64,000 bases of DNA, from NCBI GenBank assembly GCA_037481815.1, contig JBBFKX010000003.1, positions 192,001-256,000 of the forward strand. Direction: 5' to 3'. A program made the translations under genes and the position numbers. The notes under the pieces are model-generated. The model was not told the DNA's origin, ran no database searches, and saw nothing but the letters and a program-made list of their open reading frames with translations. The stretch is from a candidate division WOR-3 bacterium (GTDB lineage: Bacteria > Hydrothermota > 32-111). Below are positions 29,496 to 39,662 of this stretch, one piece after another. Each line of letters starts with the position of its first letter. Within the stretch, counting starts at the first letter, position 1.

Positions 29496-30133
29496 CAAAC
29501 TCTTACAAGTTTATCAGTGTTGAAGGTGTCATAGGAGTTGGAAAAACAACTCTTGCAACAAGGCTGGCAAAGCATTACAATGCTGAGATAATTCTTGAAC
29601 CTGTTGAAGAAAATCCGTTTCTTGAAAACTTTTATAAAAATGTCAAACATTATGCATTCCAGACACAGATCTATTTTCTTTTTGCAAGATACAAACAACT
29701 CCAAAAACTGAAACAGACAAGGATGTTTTATGATATGGTGATAAGCGATTATATTTTTGAAAAGGATAGGATTTTTGCCAATTTAAACCTTGACGATAAT
29801 GAACTCATACTTTATGAACATATAATAAAATTCATTGAACCCGAGATTCCCAAACCAGATCTCGTAATTTTTCTTCAGGCATCATGTGAAACAATAATGG
29901 AAAGGATAAAGAAGAGAAATAGAACATTTGAACAGGATATAAGTTACGATTATATAAATCAACTCTCGAAAAATTACTCGAACTTCTTCATGATGTATAA
30001 GGATGCCCCGGTACTCATGGTCAATGTTGATGATGTCGATCTATCAAAAGACCAAGCATCGATCGCTCAAATCATTCAGGAGATTGAGAAACCTTTTAAA
30101 GGGTTGAAGTTTTTAAAACCAATATCAGTATGA
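29492..30133 (+). CDS. Deoxynucleoside kinase (dAK/dGK family)
   Basis: SVEGVIGVGKTT, ENPFLENFY, AFQTQIYFL, RIKKRNR; TTG start after AAGGAG. Confidence 0.93.
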   Translation: MTNSYKFISVEGVIGVGKTTLATRLAKHYNAEIILEPVEENPFLENFYKNVKHYAFQTQIYFLFARYKQLQKLKQTRMFYDMVISDYIFEKDRIFANLNLDDNELILYEHIIKFIEPEIPKPDLVIFLQASCETIMERIKKRNRTFEQDISYDYINQLSKNYSNFFMMYKDAPVLMVNVDDVDLSKDQASIAQIIQEIEKPFKGLKFLKPISV

Positions 30134-30972
30134 AACTTTTTTCTAAAATACCTCAACTAAAAAAAGAAATAACAAAAATAAGAGAGAAAAACAAATGTAT
30201 AGGTTTTGTTCCAACGATGGGATATCTTCATGAAGGACACATCTCACTAGTAAAAAGAGCAAAAAAGGAAAACGATGTTGTTGTTGTATCAATATATGTT
30301 AACCCTCTCCAATTTGGAGTCAATGAAGATTATGGCAGATATCCAAGAGATATCGAAAGGGATAAAAAAATATTGAAAGAGAATGGTTGTGATATTCTTT
30401 TCTTTCCTTCCGATCAAGAAATGTATCATAACCAGCTCGTTTCAGTTAAGATAAAGGAACTTTCTGAAAAATTGTGTGGTATATCAAGACCAACACATTT
30501 TGAAGGTGTTTTAACTGTTGTGGCAAAACTTTTCAACATTGTTTGCCCTGACAAAGCATATTTTGGAGAAAAAGATTTTCAACAGTACCTTATAATAAAA
30601 AAGATGGTAGAAGATTTAAACTTTAATTTAAAAGTTATTCCCTGCCCCATAGTAAGAGAAAAAGATGGTCTTGCGATGAGTTCAAGGAACTCCTATCTTT
30701 CAGAAGATGAGAGAAAAAGGGCTACGGTTCTTTTTAAATCTTTAAATCTTGGAAAAGAGATTTTAGAAAAAGAAAAGGATATAAAAAAAGCAAAAGAACG
30801 AATTAGAGAACTTATTGAAAATGAAAAACCAGATAAGATAGATTACATTGAAATATACGATGAAAATGGTTTGAAAGATGTAACAGAAGATACAAAATAT
30901 TGCAGAATATTTCTTGCAGTTTTTTTTGGAAAAACACGACTTATAGATAACATAAGGGTAAAATTGAGATGA
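30130..30972 (+). CDS. panC: Pantoate--beta-alanine ligase
   Basis: FVPTMGYLHEGH, VNPLQF, RPTHFEGV, FGEKDFQQ, GLAMSSRN, RLIDN. Confidence 0.97.
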   Translation: MKLFSKIPQLKKEITKIREKNKCIGFVPTMGYLHEGHISLVKRAKKENDVVVVSIYVNPLQFGVNEDYGRYPRDIERDKKILKENGCDILFFPSDQEMYHNQLVSVKIKELSEKLCGISRPTHFEGVLTVVAKLFNIVCPDKAYFGEKDFQQYLIIKKMVEDLNFNLKVIPCPIVREKDGLAMSSRNSYLSEDERKRATVLFKSLNLGKEILEKEKDIKKAKERIRELIENEKPDKIDYIEIYDENGLKDVTEDTKYCRIFLAVFFGKTRLIDNIRVKLR

Positions 30973-31928
30973 AAGAAAAAACCAACATATTGATTCTCGC
31001 AGCTGGACTCGGGAAAAGGATGAAATCGGATAAGCCAAAAGTCCTTTTTGATCTTCTTGGTAAACCTATTCTTGGTTATATTCTTGAAACTGTAGAAAAA
31101 ATAAAAAATGAAAAGGTTGTTGTTCTTGTAGGTAACAGATCAGAACTTGTGACAGAATTTTTAAAAGACAAAAAGGTTGAGATAGCATATCAAAAAGAAC
31201 AACTTGGAACCGGACACGCTGTTATGTGTGCTTTTGATAGATTCGATCAGAATTCAAACATAGTTGTTCTCGCTGGTGATGTTCCCCTAATAACAGCGGA
31301 AACAATTTCAAAAATGCTGGATAAACACATTAAAGAGAAAAACGAAATAACTTTTCTGACAATGGAACTTGAAAATCCTTCAGGTTACGGAAGAGTTGTA
31401 AAAGAAAAAAATCGAAAAGTCAAAATGATCGTTGAGGATAAGGACTGTAATCAAAATCAAAAAAAGATAAAAGAGGTAAATTCTGGTGTATATGTTTTTA
31501 AACATGACTTTCTAAAAAAGTACCTTAAAAAACTTTCCAACGATAACAGTCAAAAGGAGTACTATCTTACGGATCTTATAAAGATAGGTTATAAGGAAAA
31601 AGTAAAAGTAGGCACAATAAAACTTGAAAATGTGTTGGAGGTTTCTGGAATAAATGACAGGGAACAGTTGTCTCAGATCGAAACTCTGATTTTAAATAAA
31701 AAAATCTCTACGGCACTTAAAGAAGGAGTTACTATAAAATCTCCACACACCTGTTATATGGAATACGATGTTGTTTTTGAAAACGATGTTATAATCGAAC
31801 CATTCGTTGTGATAAAGGGAAAATCCATCATAAGAAAAGGAACAAGAATTTCATCCTTTTCAACACTTGAAAATTATGAAACAAGAGAAGGCGAGTTCAT
31901 TCCTCCATTTTCAAATTTAAAAGGATGA
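30969..31928 (+). CDS. glmU: GlcNAc-1-phosphate uridyltransferase (C-terminally shortened GlmU)
   Basis: ILAAGLGKRMKS..PK, QLGTGHAV, GDVP, GYGR, EVNSG, EYYLTD, GINDR; only a few LbH turns; ends at 319 aa. Confidence 0.88.
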   Translation: MKEKTNILILAAGLGKRMKSDKPKVLFDLLGKPILGYILETVEKIKNEKVVVLVGNRSELVTEFLKDKKVEIAYQKEQLGTGHAVMCAFDRFDQNSNIVVLAGDVPLITAETISKMLDKHIKEKNEITFLTMELENPSGYGRVVKEKNRKVKMIVEDKDCNQNQKKIKEVNSGVYVFKHDFLKKYLKKLSNDNSQKEYYLTDLIKIGYKEKVKVGTIKLENVLEVSGINDREQLSQIETLILNKKISTALKEGVTIKSPHTCYMEYDVVFENDVIIEPFVVIKGKSIIRKGTRISSFSTLENYETREGEFIPPFSNLKG

Positions 31929-32335
31929 AAAAATTTTTTATAATCTCTGTTTTTGCTCTGATTGTTTTCTTGGTGTGTTTAATTTATTTTTTGATTTTTG
32001 AAAAAGAAAAGTATATAATTAAAGTTGAGATTTTAAATACCACAGACAAAAAAGATATAGGTTATAAATTTGCAGAAATTTTAAAGAAAAAAAACTATGA
32101 AGTTTTTTCGGTTGAAATGCTGGAAACAGAAAATCTAGACAATACATGTATAGTTGACAGAAAAACTAAAAATATGAAATATGCGAAAAATGTCGCAAGA
32201 GTTTTCAAGTGTAACAATATTTTTTCCATCGTTGATTCAACGTTCAACATAGATGTGACAATAATAATTGGAAAAGATTATGAAAACATATTAAAAAGGA
32301 GTGTTTTTGGAAAAAAAGGTAAAAATGATCGTTGA
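31925..32335 (+). CDS. LytR C-terminal domain-containing membrane-anchored protein
   Basis: N-terminal TM; VEILN...G...A..L and DVTIIIGKDY; upstream of rsfS. Confidence 0.75.
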   Translation: MKKFFIISVFALIVFLVCLIYFLIFEKEKYIIKVEILNTTDKKDIGYKFAEILKKKNYEVFSVEMLETENLDNTCIVDRKTKNMKYAKNVARVFKCNNIFSIVDSTFNIDVTIIIGKDYENILKRSVFGKKGKNDR

Positions 32336-32654
32336 TGCAATACTTGAGAAAAAAGGGTTGAACACCGTTGTAATAGATCTAACAGAGATTTCAACTTTTA
32401 CAGATTATTTCATAATAACAACAGGTATCTCTTCTGTACAAACAAACGCAATCAAAGAAAACATATACAGAAAACTGAAAAAACTTTATAAAAATGTAAA
32501 CATTGAAGGTGAGAGTGCTGGTGTCTGGATTCTTATGGATTATGGAGATGTTGTCGTTCATATTTTTCAACAGGAGGAAAGAGAGAGGTACTCTCTCGAA
32601 TCACTATGGGCAGATGGAAAGATAACACACATAGGTGATGATAATGCTGGTTAA
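32301..32654 (+). CDS. rsfS: Ribosome silencing factor RsfS (Iojap)
   Basis: EKKG..VVIDL, TDYFII, WILMDYGDVVVHIF, RYSLESLW. Confidence 0.95.
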   Translation: MFLEKKVKMIVDAILEKKGLNTVVIDLTEISTFTDYFIITTGISSVQTNAIKENIYRKLKKLYKNVNIEGESAGVWILMDYGDVVVHIFQQEERERYSLESLWADGKITHIGDDNAG

Positions 32655-34269
32655 AACTTTTCTAGATGATCTTAAAAAAATAGTTGAAAACGAATTTTCC
32701 GTAGAATTTTCTTTTAAAGATTATGAGTTGGTTTCCTTTACAGATTTTGGAGATCTTTCTACAAACATTTCTTTTCAACTTTCAAAAAAGATCAAAAAAA
32801 ATCCTCTGGAAATATCCAAAACCATTTCAGAAAAACTTGGAAAAGAAAATAATTATAGAACTGAAATAGTTTCTCCAGGTTTTATAAATATATTTTTCGA
32901 TGATAAACAAATTTTTCAAGAATGCAAAACAATCGCAACCGATAAATCATATGGAAAAAAAGAACCGACCAACAAAAAGGTCAACATAGAGTTTATAAGT
33001 GCAAACCCAACAGGCCCGCTTGTTCTTGTAAATTTAAGAGCTGGAGTCGCGGGAAATATGCTTTCAAATGTTCTAAAATACTCCGGGTTTGATGTTGAAA
33101 AAGAAAATTATATAAATGATTCTGGCAACCAGATATACAATCTTGGGGCTTCGATACTTTATCACATTTCTAAAAATAAACCTGAAAACTTTCCTGAAAA
33201 TGGATACAGAGGAAATTACATAAAGGATATATCTGAAAAACTCAAACAAATGATAGGTGAACCTGATTACAACGATGAGAACATAAAAATCGCTTCAGAA
33301 TATGGGAAAGAGTTTATATTAAACTGGCAAAAAGATTCGTTGAAAAAATATTCTATCGAATTTGATAACTGGATACATGAATCGGATATCAGAAAAAAGT
33401 ATTTGGAAACTGTTTTAAAAAAATTATCAGAAAAAGGTTACACATACACCAGGGATAATGCTTTATATCTAAAAACAACAATTTTTGGAGACGATAAGGA
33501 TAGAGTAATAGTAAAATCTGATGGAGAATTCACCTATTTTTTACCTGATATTGCATACCATTTTTATAAAATCGAAAGAGGTTTTAATAAAATCATAGAC
33601 ATTCTTGGACCTGATCACCATGGATATGTTCCAAGATTGAAATCAGCGATAAATATGATTTCTGACAGGGAAGTTGAATTCGATGTCATAATAGCGCAAC
33701 TCGTTACGATATTAAAAGATGGAAAAAAGTATGAGATGTCAAAACGAACAGGTGAATTTATAACACTTGATGAACTTTCCGAAGAGATAGATACCGATGT
33801 TTTAAAATTCATGATCCTTTCCAGAAAACTATCCCAGCCGTTCAATTTTGATATAGAAAAAGCAAAAGAGAAAAGTATGGATAATCCTGTGTATTATGTT
33901 CAATACTGTTATGCGAGGTTATCATCCCTTTTTGATAAAGCAAATTTAAAAGAAAATGAAATAGTTTTTGATTTTGAAAATTTTGAGAATAAAAATTTAA
34001 GAGATATCGCAAAAAAACTTTTAGAGTTTCCATATGTTGTTTACAATACCGCTTTTTCTTATGAGTTGCAAAAAATTCCAAATTATCTTATAGAACTTTC
34101 CTCTTTGATTCACCAGTTTTACCATGATTACAGAATAATTGATATGAACGATAAAAAAGAAATGTTAAAAAAAATATCAGTTCTATTTTCAGCAAGAGAA
34201 ATAATAAAAATCGGACTATCCCTTATGGGAATAACAATCAAAGAAAGGATGTATAAAGATGAAGTATAA
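32635..34269 (+). CDS. argS: Arginine--tRNA ligase
   Basis: FGDLSTN, PGFIN, EFISANPTGPL, GDDKDRV, TYFLPDIAYH, GPDHHGY, MSKRTG, NPVYYVQY; exact start uncertain (32635, 32638 or 32644). Confidence 0.95.
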   Translation: MMIMLVKTFLDDLKKIVENEFSVEFSFKDYELVSFTDFGDLSTNISFQLSKKIKKNPLEISKTISEKLGKENNYRTEIVSPGFINIFFDDKQIFQECKTIATDKSYGKKEPTNKKVNIEFISANPTGPLVLVNLRAGVAGNMLSNVLKYSGFDVEKENYINDSGNQIYNLGASILYHISKNKPENFPENGYRGNYIKDISEKLKQMIGEPDYNDENIKIASEYGKEFILNWQKDSLKKYSIEFDNWIHESDIRKKYLETVLKKLSEKGYTYTRDNALYLKTTIFGDDKDRVIVKSDGEFTYFLPDIAYHFYKIERGFNKIIDILGPDHHGYVPRLKSAINMISDREVEFDVIIAQLVTILKDGKKYEMSKRTGEFITLDELSEEIDTDVLKFMILSRKLSQPFNFDIEKAKEKSMDNPVYYVQYCYARLSSLFDKANLKENEIVFDFENFENKNLRDIAKKLLEFPYVVYNTAFSYELQKIPNYLIELSSLIHQFYHDYRIIDMNDKKEMLKKISVLFSAREIIKIGLSLMGITIKERMYKDEV

Positions 34270-35284
34270 AGATTCTGGTGTTAACATCAATCAGGCAAAT
34301 GAAACTGTAAATGACATAAAAAATCTTGTAAAATCAACCTATTCCAGACAGGTGCTTTCAGATATTGGAACTTTTGGAAGTATGTATTCGGGGAAATTTG
34401 CAGGATATAAAAATCCAGTATTGGTATCATCATGTGATGGTGTTGGAACAAAAGTTCTAATTGCAGAACAGGTAAACTTTTTTGATAACCTTGGAGAGGA
34501 TATCGTCAACCATTCCGTAAACGATATTCTTGCTGTTGGAGCAAAACCTCTGTATTTTCTTGATTACATTGGAATGGGAAAACTTGATAGAAAAATTGTA
34601 AACAGGATAATCGCCTCAATGGTTTCTGCATGCAAAAAAAATTCTCTTTCCCTTGTTGGAGGAGAACTTGCTGAGATGTCTGATGTTTATAACTTCACAC
34701 ATTACGATATCGTAGGGTTCATAGTTGGAATATGTGAAAAGGATAAACTCATAACAGGAAAAAAGATAAAAACCGGTGATCAGATTTTTGGACTTTTTTC
34801 AGACGGGTTTCATACAAACGGTTATTCTTTGATAAGAAGGATAATAAAAGAAAAAAATTTAGATTTAAAAAAACCTCTTAATAACTCAAAAGAACCTCTA
34901 TTCAAAGAACTCTTAAAACCACATAGATCTTACTTCAAAGAAGTTTATCCTCTAATTGAACATAAGAAAGTTAAAGGAATATCCCACATTACAGGTGGTG
35001 GTTTTAAAGATAACATCAAAAGGATTCTGCCTGAAAAAGTCGATGCTCTTATAGATACCTCTTCATGGGAAGTCCCAAAACTCTTTAAAAATTTCTGTGA
35101 ACTTGGAAATATAGAATTTGAAGAAGCATACAGAGTGTTTAACATGGGTATTGGAATCGTATTGATAGTTGATAAAAAAGATGTTTTGGATGTTGAAAAT
35201 TTCTTTAAAAAAATTAAAATAGAATATAGAAAGATTGGAAAAATAGTATCAGGTAGTGGAAATGTTTCTCTTGTAAGAAAATAA
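34259..35284 (+). CDS. purM: AIR synthase (phosphoribosylformylglycinamidine cyclo-ligase)
   Basis: YKDSGV, DGVGTK, FLDY, GGELAEM, GFHTNGYS, HITGGG, VFNMGIG. Confidence 0.97.
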   Translation: MKYKDSGVNINQANETVNDIKNLVKSTYSRQVLSDIGTFGSMYSGKFAGYKNPVLVSSCDGVGTKVLIAEQVNFFDNLGEDIVNHSVNDILAVGAKPLYFLDYIGMGKLDRKIVNRIIASMVSACKKNSLSLVGGELAEMSDVYNFTHYDIVGFIVGICEKDKLITGKKIKTGDQIFGLFSDGFHTNGYSLIRRIIKEKNLDLKKPLNNSKEPLFKELLKPHRSYFKEVYPLIEHKKVKGISHITGGGFKDNIKRILPEKVDALIDTSSWEVPKLFKNFCELGNIEFEEAYRVFNMGIGIVLIVDKKDVLDVENFFKKIKIEYRKIGKIVSGSGNVSLVRK

Positions 35285-35293
35285 GGAGGTCAG

Positions 35294-35704
35294 ATGAAGG
35301 ATGATCCTTTCAATGAAAAATTGGACAGTTTAATAGATGATTTTTTCGGATTTTCAAGGGTTGTTTCCTATAGAAGGACTCATCTTATACCCCCTGCAGA
35401 CATATATGAGGTGAAGGATAGATTTATAATAGTTGTCGAAATACCTGGTGTTGAAAAAAAAGATATTTCTCTCACGGTAAGTGATGATATTTTAATCTTA
35501 AAAGGTGAAAAGAAAAGAAAGTCGTTCATAGAAAACGACATCTGTTATTACCACATGGAAATAGAGTATGGTCCATTTGAAAGAAGGTTTAAAATCCCTT
35601 CAAACAGTGATATAGATAATATGGAAGTAGAGTACAACAACGGATTTTTAAGAATCGAGATTCCTCTCGTTTATAAAAAGATCAAAAAAATTACCATTGA
35701 ATAG
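35294..35704 (+). CDS. Hsp20/alpha-crystallin small heat-shock protein
   Basis: PPADIYE, EIPGV, EIEYGPFERRF, YNNGFLRIEIP. Confidence 0.93.
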   Translation: MKDDPFNEKLDSLIDDFFGFSRVVSYRRTHLIPPADIYEVKDRFIIVVEIPGVEKKDISLTVSDDILILKGEKKRKSFIENDICYYHMEIEYGPFERRFKIPSNSDIDNMEVEYNNGFLRIEIPLVYKKIKKITIE

Positions 35705-35716
35705 AAAGGATCGACT

Positions 35717-38107
35717 ATGGATGAAAATATAAAAAATGTTGAAAACAGTGAACAACAGGTTAATGAAGAAAATAGAGAACTACCCGAAATTTTACCATTA
35801 CTTGTCAGAAACGATGTTATAATCTATCCTCTTTTGATTCTACCTGTAGCAGTAAACGAGCCAAATCAGATAAAACTCATAGATGATGCGTTATCACAAA
35901 ACAAACTCATATTTTTAGGATACACGAAAAAAGAAAACCTTTCAAACCTGACAACAAAAGAGATTGAAGAGTTCGGTGTTATAGCGAATATAATGAAGAT
36001 GCTCAGATTTCCAGATGGTTCTGTCAGAATACTTCTACAGGGAATGAAAAGAGCAAAAATAGAAGAAATATTAACAAATGATAAACCATACTTTCTGGTA
36101 AAATATAAACAGATCGAGGAAGTTGAAAGTACAACTATAACTTATCAGGCACTCATAAGAAATTTAAAGGAGCAGTTCAAAAACTATATCAAACTCTCAC
36201 AACAGTTTCCAGAAGAAATTTTTCAAATACTTGATAGTATTCAGGAAGGATGGAAACTTGCCGATTTTATCGCTTCAAACCTTCCTATCGATGTGAATAC
36301 AAGGTATGAGATCCTAACGATAAAAAATTCCACTAAAAGGATGGAAAGGATCAGTGAGATACTTGCAAAAGAGACATCGATAATTGAACTTGGTCAGAAG
36401 ATCAAATCAAAGGTAACAAGTGAAATCAATGAGGATCAGAAAAAATTTTTCCTGCGGGAACAGTTGAAGGCGATAAAAGAGGAACTTGGTGAGGAAGATC
36501 CAAAAGATAAAGAGATAAACGAGTTGAGAGAGAAGTTAAAGAAAAAGAAGATGCCACAAAATGTTGTCGAAACTGTTGAAAAGGAGATCGAAAAACTTGA
36601 AATGATGAACCCCATGATGCCTGATTACAATGTTTCAAGAACATATATCGACTGGATACTTGAACTGCCCTGGAACGAATACTCCAAAGATAACCTTGAT
36701 ATAAAAAGAGCGGAAAAAATTTTGAATGAAGATCATTATGATCTTGAAAAAGTCAAAGAAAGGATACTTGAATACCTTGCTGTGAGAAAACTGAAAAACG
36801 ATTCAAAAGGACCAATCCTCTGTTTTGTTGGACCACCAGGTGTAGGAAAAACTTCTCTTGGGAAATCTATTGCAAGAGCACTCGGAAGAAGTTTTGTAAG
36901 GATCTCCCTTGGTGGAATCCATGATGAAGCGGAAATAAGAGGTCATCGAAGGACCTATGTGGGGGCATTACCTGGAAGGATAATACAGGAAATAAAAAAA
37001 GCAAAAACTTCCAATCCAGTTTTTATGCTTGATGAAATAGACAAGATAGGTTCAGACTTTAGAGGTGATCCATCAAGTGCATTGCTTGAAGTTCTTGATC
37101 CGATGCAGAACGATACTTTTCAGGATCATTATCTTGATCTTGCTTATGACCTTTCACAGGTGATGTTCATAACTACAGCAAATGTTCTTTACACGATTCC
37201 ACCAGCACTTCTCGATAGAATGGAGGTTATAGAACTTCCAGGTTATACGATAAACGATAAAATTTTTATCGCAAAAAGATACCTTTTACCACGACAGATA
37301 GAAGAGAACGGTTTAACGAAGGAAAATCTGACAGTAACGGATGAAGGATTGAAAGAGATAATCGATGGTTACACGAGAGAAGCGGGTGTGAGAAATCTTG
37401 AAAGAACCATAGGGAGTATATGCAGAAAAGTTGCCAAGAAAATAGCTGAAAACAAAAACAAAAAATTTCGTATAGACCAGAACAATGTAAAGGACTATTT
37501 AGGTAAAAGAAAATTTTTGTCGGATAAAGCAGAAAAGAAATCAGAAATAGGCATAACGACAGGAATGGCATGGACTCCAAACGGAGGAGAGATACTTTTT
37601 GTTGAAGCGATAAAGATGATTGGAAAAGGTAACCTTATTCTAACAGGTCAACTCGGTGAAGTTATGAAGGAGAGTGCAAGGGCTGCTTTATCATACATCA
37701 AAGCCAATTACAAAAAATTTAAAATAAAACCAGAGGATTTTGAAAAGTATGATCTTCATATTCATCTGCCAGAAGGTGCTATTCCAAAGGATGGACCATC
37801 CGCTGGAATCACACTTGCAACATCTATCGTTTCTATCCTATCAGAGATACCGGTAAGAAGTGATATCGCAATGACAGGAGAGATAACACTGAGAGGAAAA
37901 GTTCTACCTATCGGAGGAGTCAAAGAAAAGATCATCGGTGCGAAACTTGCTGGTATAAAAAACATAATATTACCTGAATTCAACAGAAGGGATCTTGATG
38001 AGATCTCAAAGGATACATTGAAAGGTTTAAAATTCTATTTTGTGAAAAATTTTGATCAGGTCATAGATTTAGCACTCGATAAGAATACAAAAAAGAGGAA
38101 AAAATGA
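35717..38107 (+). CDS. lon: ATP-dependent protease Lon
   Basis: Lon N domain, GPPGVGKTS, DEAEIRGHRRTYVGA, LDEIDK, PKDGPSAG (Ser), IGGVKEK (Lys). Confidence 0.98.
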   Translation: MDENIKNVENSEQQVNEENRELPEILPLLVRNDVIIYPLLILPVAVNEPNQIKLIDDALSQNKLIFLGYTKKENLSNLTTKEIEEFGVIANIMKMLRFPDGSVRILLQGMKRAKIEEILTNDKPYFLVKYKQIEEVESTTITYQALIRNLKEQFKNYIKLSQQFPEEIFQILDSIQEGWKLADFIASNLPIDVNTRYEILTIKNSTKRMERISEILAKETSIIELGQKIKSKVTSEINEDQKKFFLREQLKAIKEELGEEDPKDKEINELREKLKKKKMPQNVVETVEKEIEKLEMMNPMMPDYNVSRTYIDWILELPWNEYSKDNLDIKRAEKILNEDHYDLEKVKERILEYLAVRKLKNDSKGPILCFVGPPGVGKTSLGKSIARALGRSFVRISLGGIHDEAEIRGHRRTYVGALPGRIIQEIKKAKTSNPVFMLDEIDKIGSDFRGDPSSALLEVLDPMQNDTFQDHYLDLAYDLSQVMFITTANVLYTIPPALLDRMEVIELPGYTINDKIFIAKRYLLPRQIEENGLTKENLTVTDEGLKEIIDGYTREAGVRNLERTIGSICRKVAKKIAENKNKKFRIDQNNVKDYLGKRKFLSDKAEKKSEIGITTGMAWTPNGGEILFVEAIKMIGKGNLILTGQLGEVMKESARAALSYIKANYKKFKIKPEDFEKYDLHIHLPEGAIPKDGPSAGITLATSIVSILSEIPVRSDIAMTGEITLRGKVLPIGGVKEKIIGAKLAGIKNIILPEFNRRDLDEISKDTLKGLKFYFVKNFDQVIDLALDKNTKKRKK

Positions 38108-38766
38108 AAAAATTTTTTGTTATTTTCATTTTGCTTGTTTCACTTACACTTTTTTCTGATCCAAAGGAGGAATCTCTAAAAATTCTAAACTCTTTCAAAT
38201 CGATTCTTGATACCACTACAACATATACCTGTATTCTTCATGAGTATGTGAAATCAAACAACAAATCAACAGACAACTATTGGGATTACAAATTTTTAAA
38301 ACCGAAGTATATCAGAATGGAGTCAATAAAAGGTGACCGACTTGGCAGCAAAGCATTCTTTGATTGTAAAACTCAAAAGGTAACCGGAAGGCAGGGTGGA
38401 ATACTTTCAAAAATAAAATTGACTTTGGATCTTTCGAACTCTCTTGTAAAAAATATAAGAGGTATCACCATTGCAGAATCAGATTGGCCTTATGTTTTGA
38501 ACAGAACTTTTGATATACTCGATGATAACGGTGTCGAAATTTTTACAGGTGAAGCAAAGTTCAAAGGTGTTAAAACAAATTTTATACACATAAAAAACAT
38601 AAACCTTGAAAAGTACAGATTCGATGAAACAAAGATGTTTTTTGATGAAAATAATCTTTTGATAGGTTTTTACAATTTTGAAAAGGGTGATGTTGTTGAG
38701 GATATCCACTACCAGAATATAAAAATAAATCCACCTCTTACAATGGATAGTATGTATGTAAAATAG
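38104..38766 (+). CDS. Secreted LolA-like/DUF1571-type protein
   Basis: Signal peptide; YKFLKPKYIRME and YQNIKINPPL beta-rich LolA-fold-like pattern. Confidence 0.55.
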   Translation: MKKFFVIFILLVSLTLFSDPKEESLKILNSFKSILDTTTTYTCILHEYVKSNNKSTDNYWDYKFLKPKYIRMESIKGDRLGSKAFFDCKTQKVTGRQGGILSKIKLTLDLSNSLVKNIRGITIAESDWPYVLNRTFDILDDNGVEIFTGEAKFKGVKTNFIHIKNINLEKYRFDETKMFFDENNLLIGFYNFEKGDVVEDIHYQNIKINPPLTMDSMYVK

Positions 38767-38774
38767 GAGGTAAT

Positions 38775-39662
38775 ATGGGATTAAAAGGTTGTTGCACTGC
38801 ACTTGTAACCCCTTTTAAAAAGGACAAAAGTATTGATTTTGAAATGTTTAAAAAACAGATCAAAAGACAACTCGATAATAACGTTTCCGGAATACTTGCA
38901 TGCGGAACAACTGGAGAATCACCTGCTCTATCAGACGATGAATGGGAAAAGGTTATAAGGGTTGCAAATTCGAATAAGAAAAATGCTTATCTTATTGCCG
39001 GAACAGGTACAAACAACACAGAAAAAACTATTGAAAAAACAAAGATCGCTGAAAGTATCGGAGTAGATTATGCTCTTGTTATAACACCATATTACAACAA
39101 ACCAAACCAGCAGGGACTTGTTGAACATTTTAAAAAGGTTGCAAAATCAACAAAACTCGAAATAGTAATATACAATGTTCCATCAAGAACGGGAGTCAAC
39201 ATTTTACCTGAAACCGTTGCTTATCTTTCGGAGATAAAGAATATAGTCGGGATAAAAGAAGCGAGCGGAAACATAAACCAGACAACTGAAATACTCTTGA
39301 AAGCAAAAAAGGGGTTCTCGGTGATGTCTGGAGAGGACTCTTTGTTTTTACCACTACTTTCAGTTGGAGGTGTTGGCATAATTTCAACCATATCAAATGT
39401 AGTTCCAGATTATATGCAATCACTATTTGAACTATTTTTTGCAAACGATTTAGAAGAATGCAAAAAACTTCATGATTTTCTATATCCTCTTGCAAAAGTT
39501 TTATTCGTTGAAACAAATCCGGTTCCAGTCAAATACTGCATGAAATATTTAAATCTTGATTCCGGAGAGTTAAGATTACCTCTTGCCCCTCTATCGGAAA
39601 ACAACAAAAAACTTGTTGAAAAAACAGTGATCGATATGGGCTTGAAAAAGGAGAAAATTTGA
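38775..39662 (+). CDS. dapA: 4-hydroxy-tetrahydrodipicolinate synthase
   Basis: TALVTPF, GTTGES, PYYNKP, YNVPSRTG, GIKEASG, ETNPVPVK. Confidence 0.97.
   Translation: MGLKGCCTALVTPFKKDKSIDFEMFKKQIKRQLDNNVSGILACGTTGESPALSDDEWEKVIRVANSNKKNAYLIAGTGTNNTEKTIEKTKIAESIGVDYALVITPYYNKPNQQGLVEHFKKVAKSTKLEIVIYNVPSRTGVNILPETVAYLSEIKNIVGIKEASGNINQTTEILLKAKKGFSVMSGEDSLFLPLLSVGGVGIISTISNVVPDYMQSLFELFFANDLEECKKLHDFLYPLAKVLFVETNPVPVKYCMKYLNLDSGELRLPLAPLSENNKKLVEKTVIDMGLKKEKI

Noticed and set aside
38069..38095. CIRCE-like TTAGCACTC at the end of lon
   Set aside because: Only the left half is present; GAGTGCTAA does not follow after 9 nt. It also lies inside the 3' end of the CDS rather than upstream of hsp20-lon.
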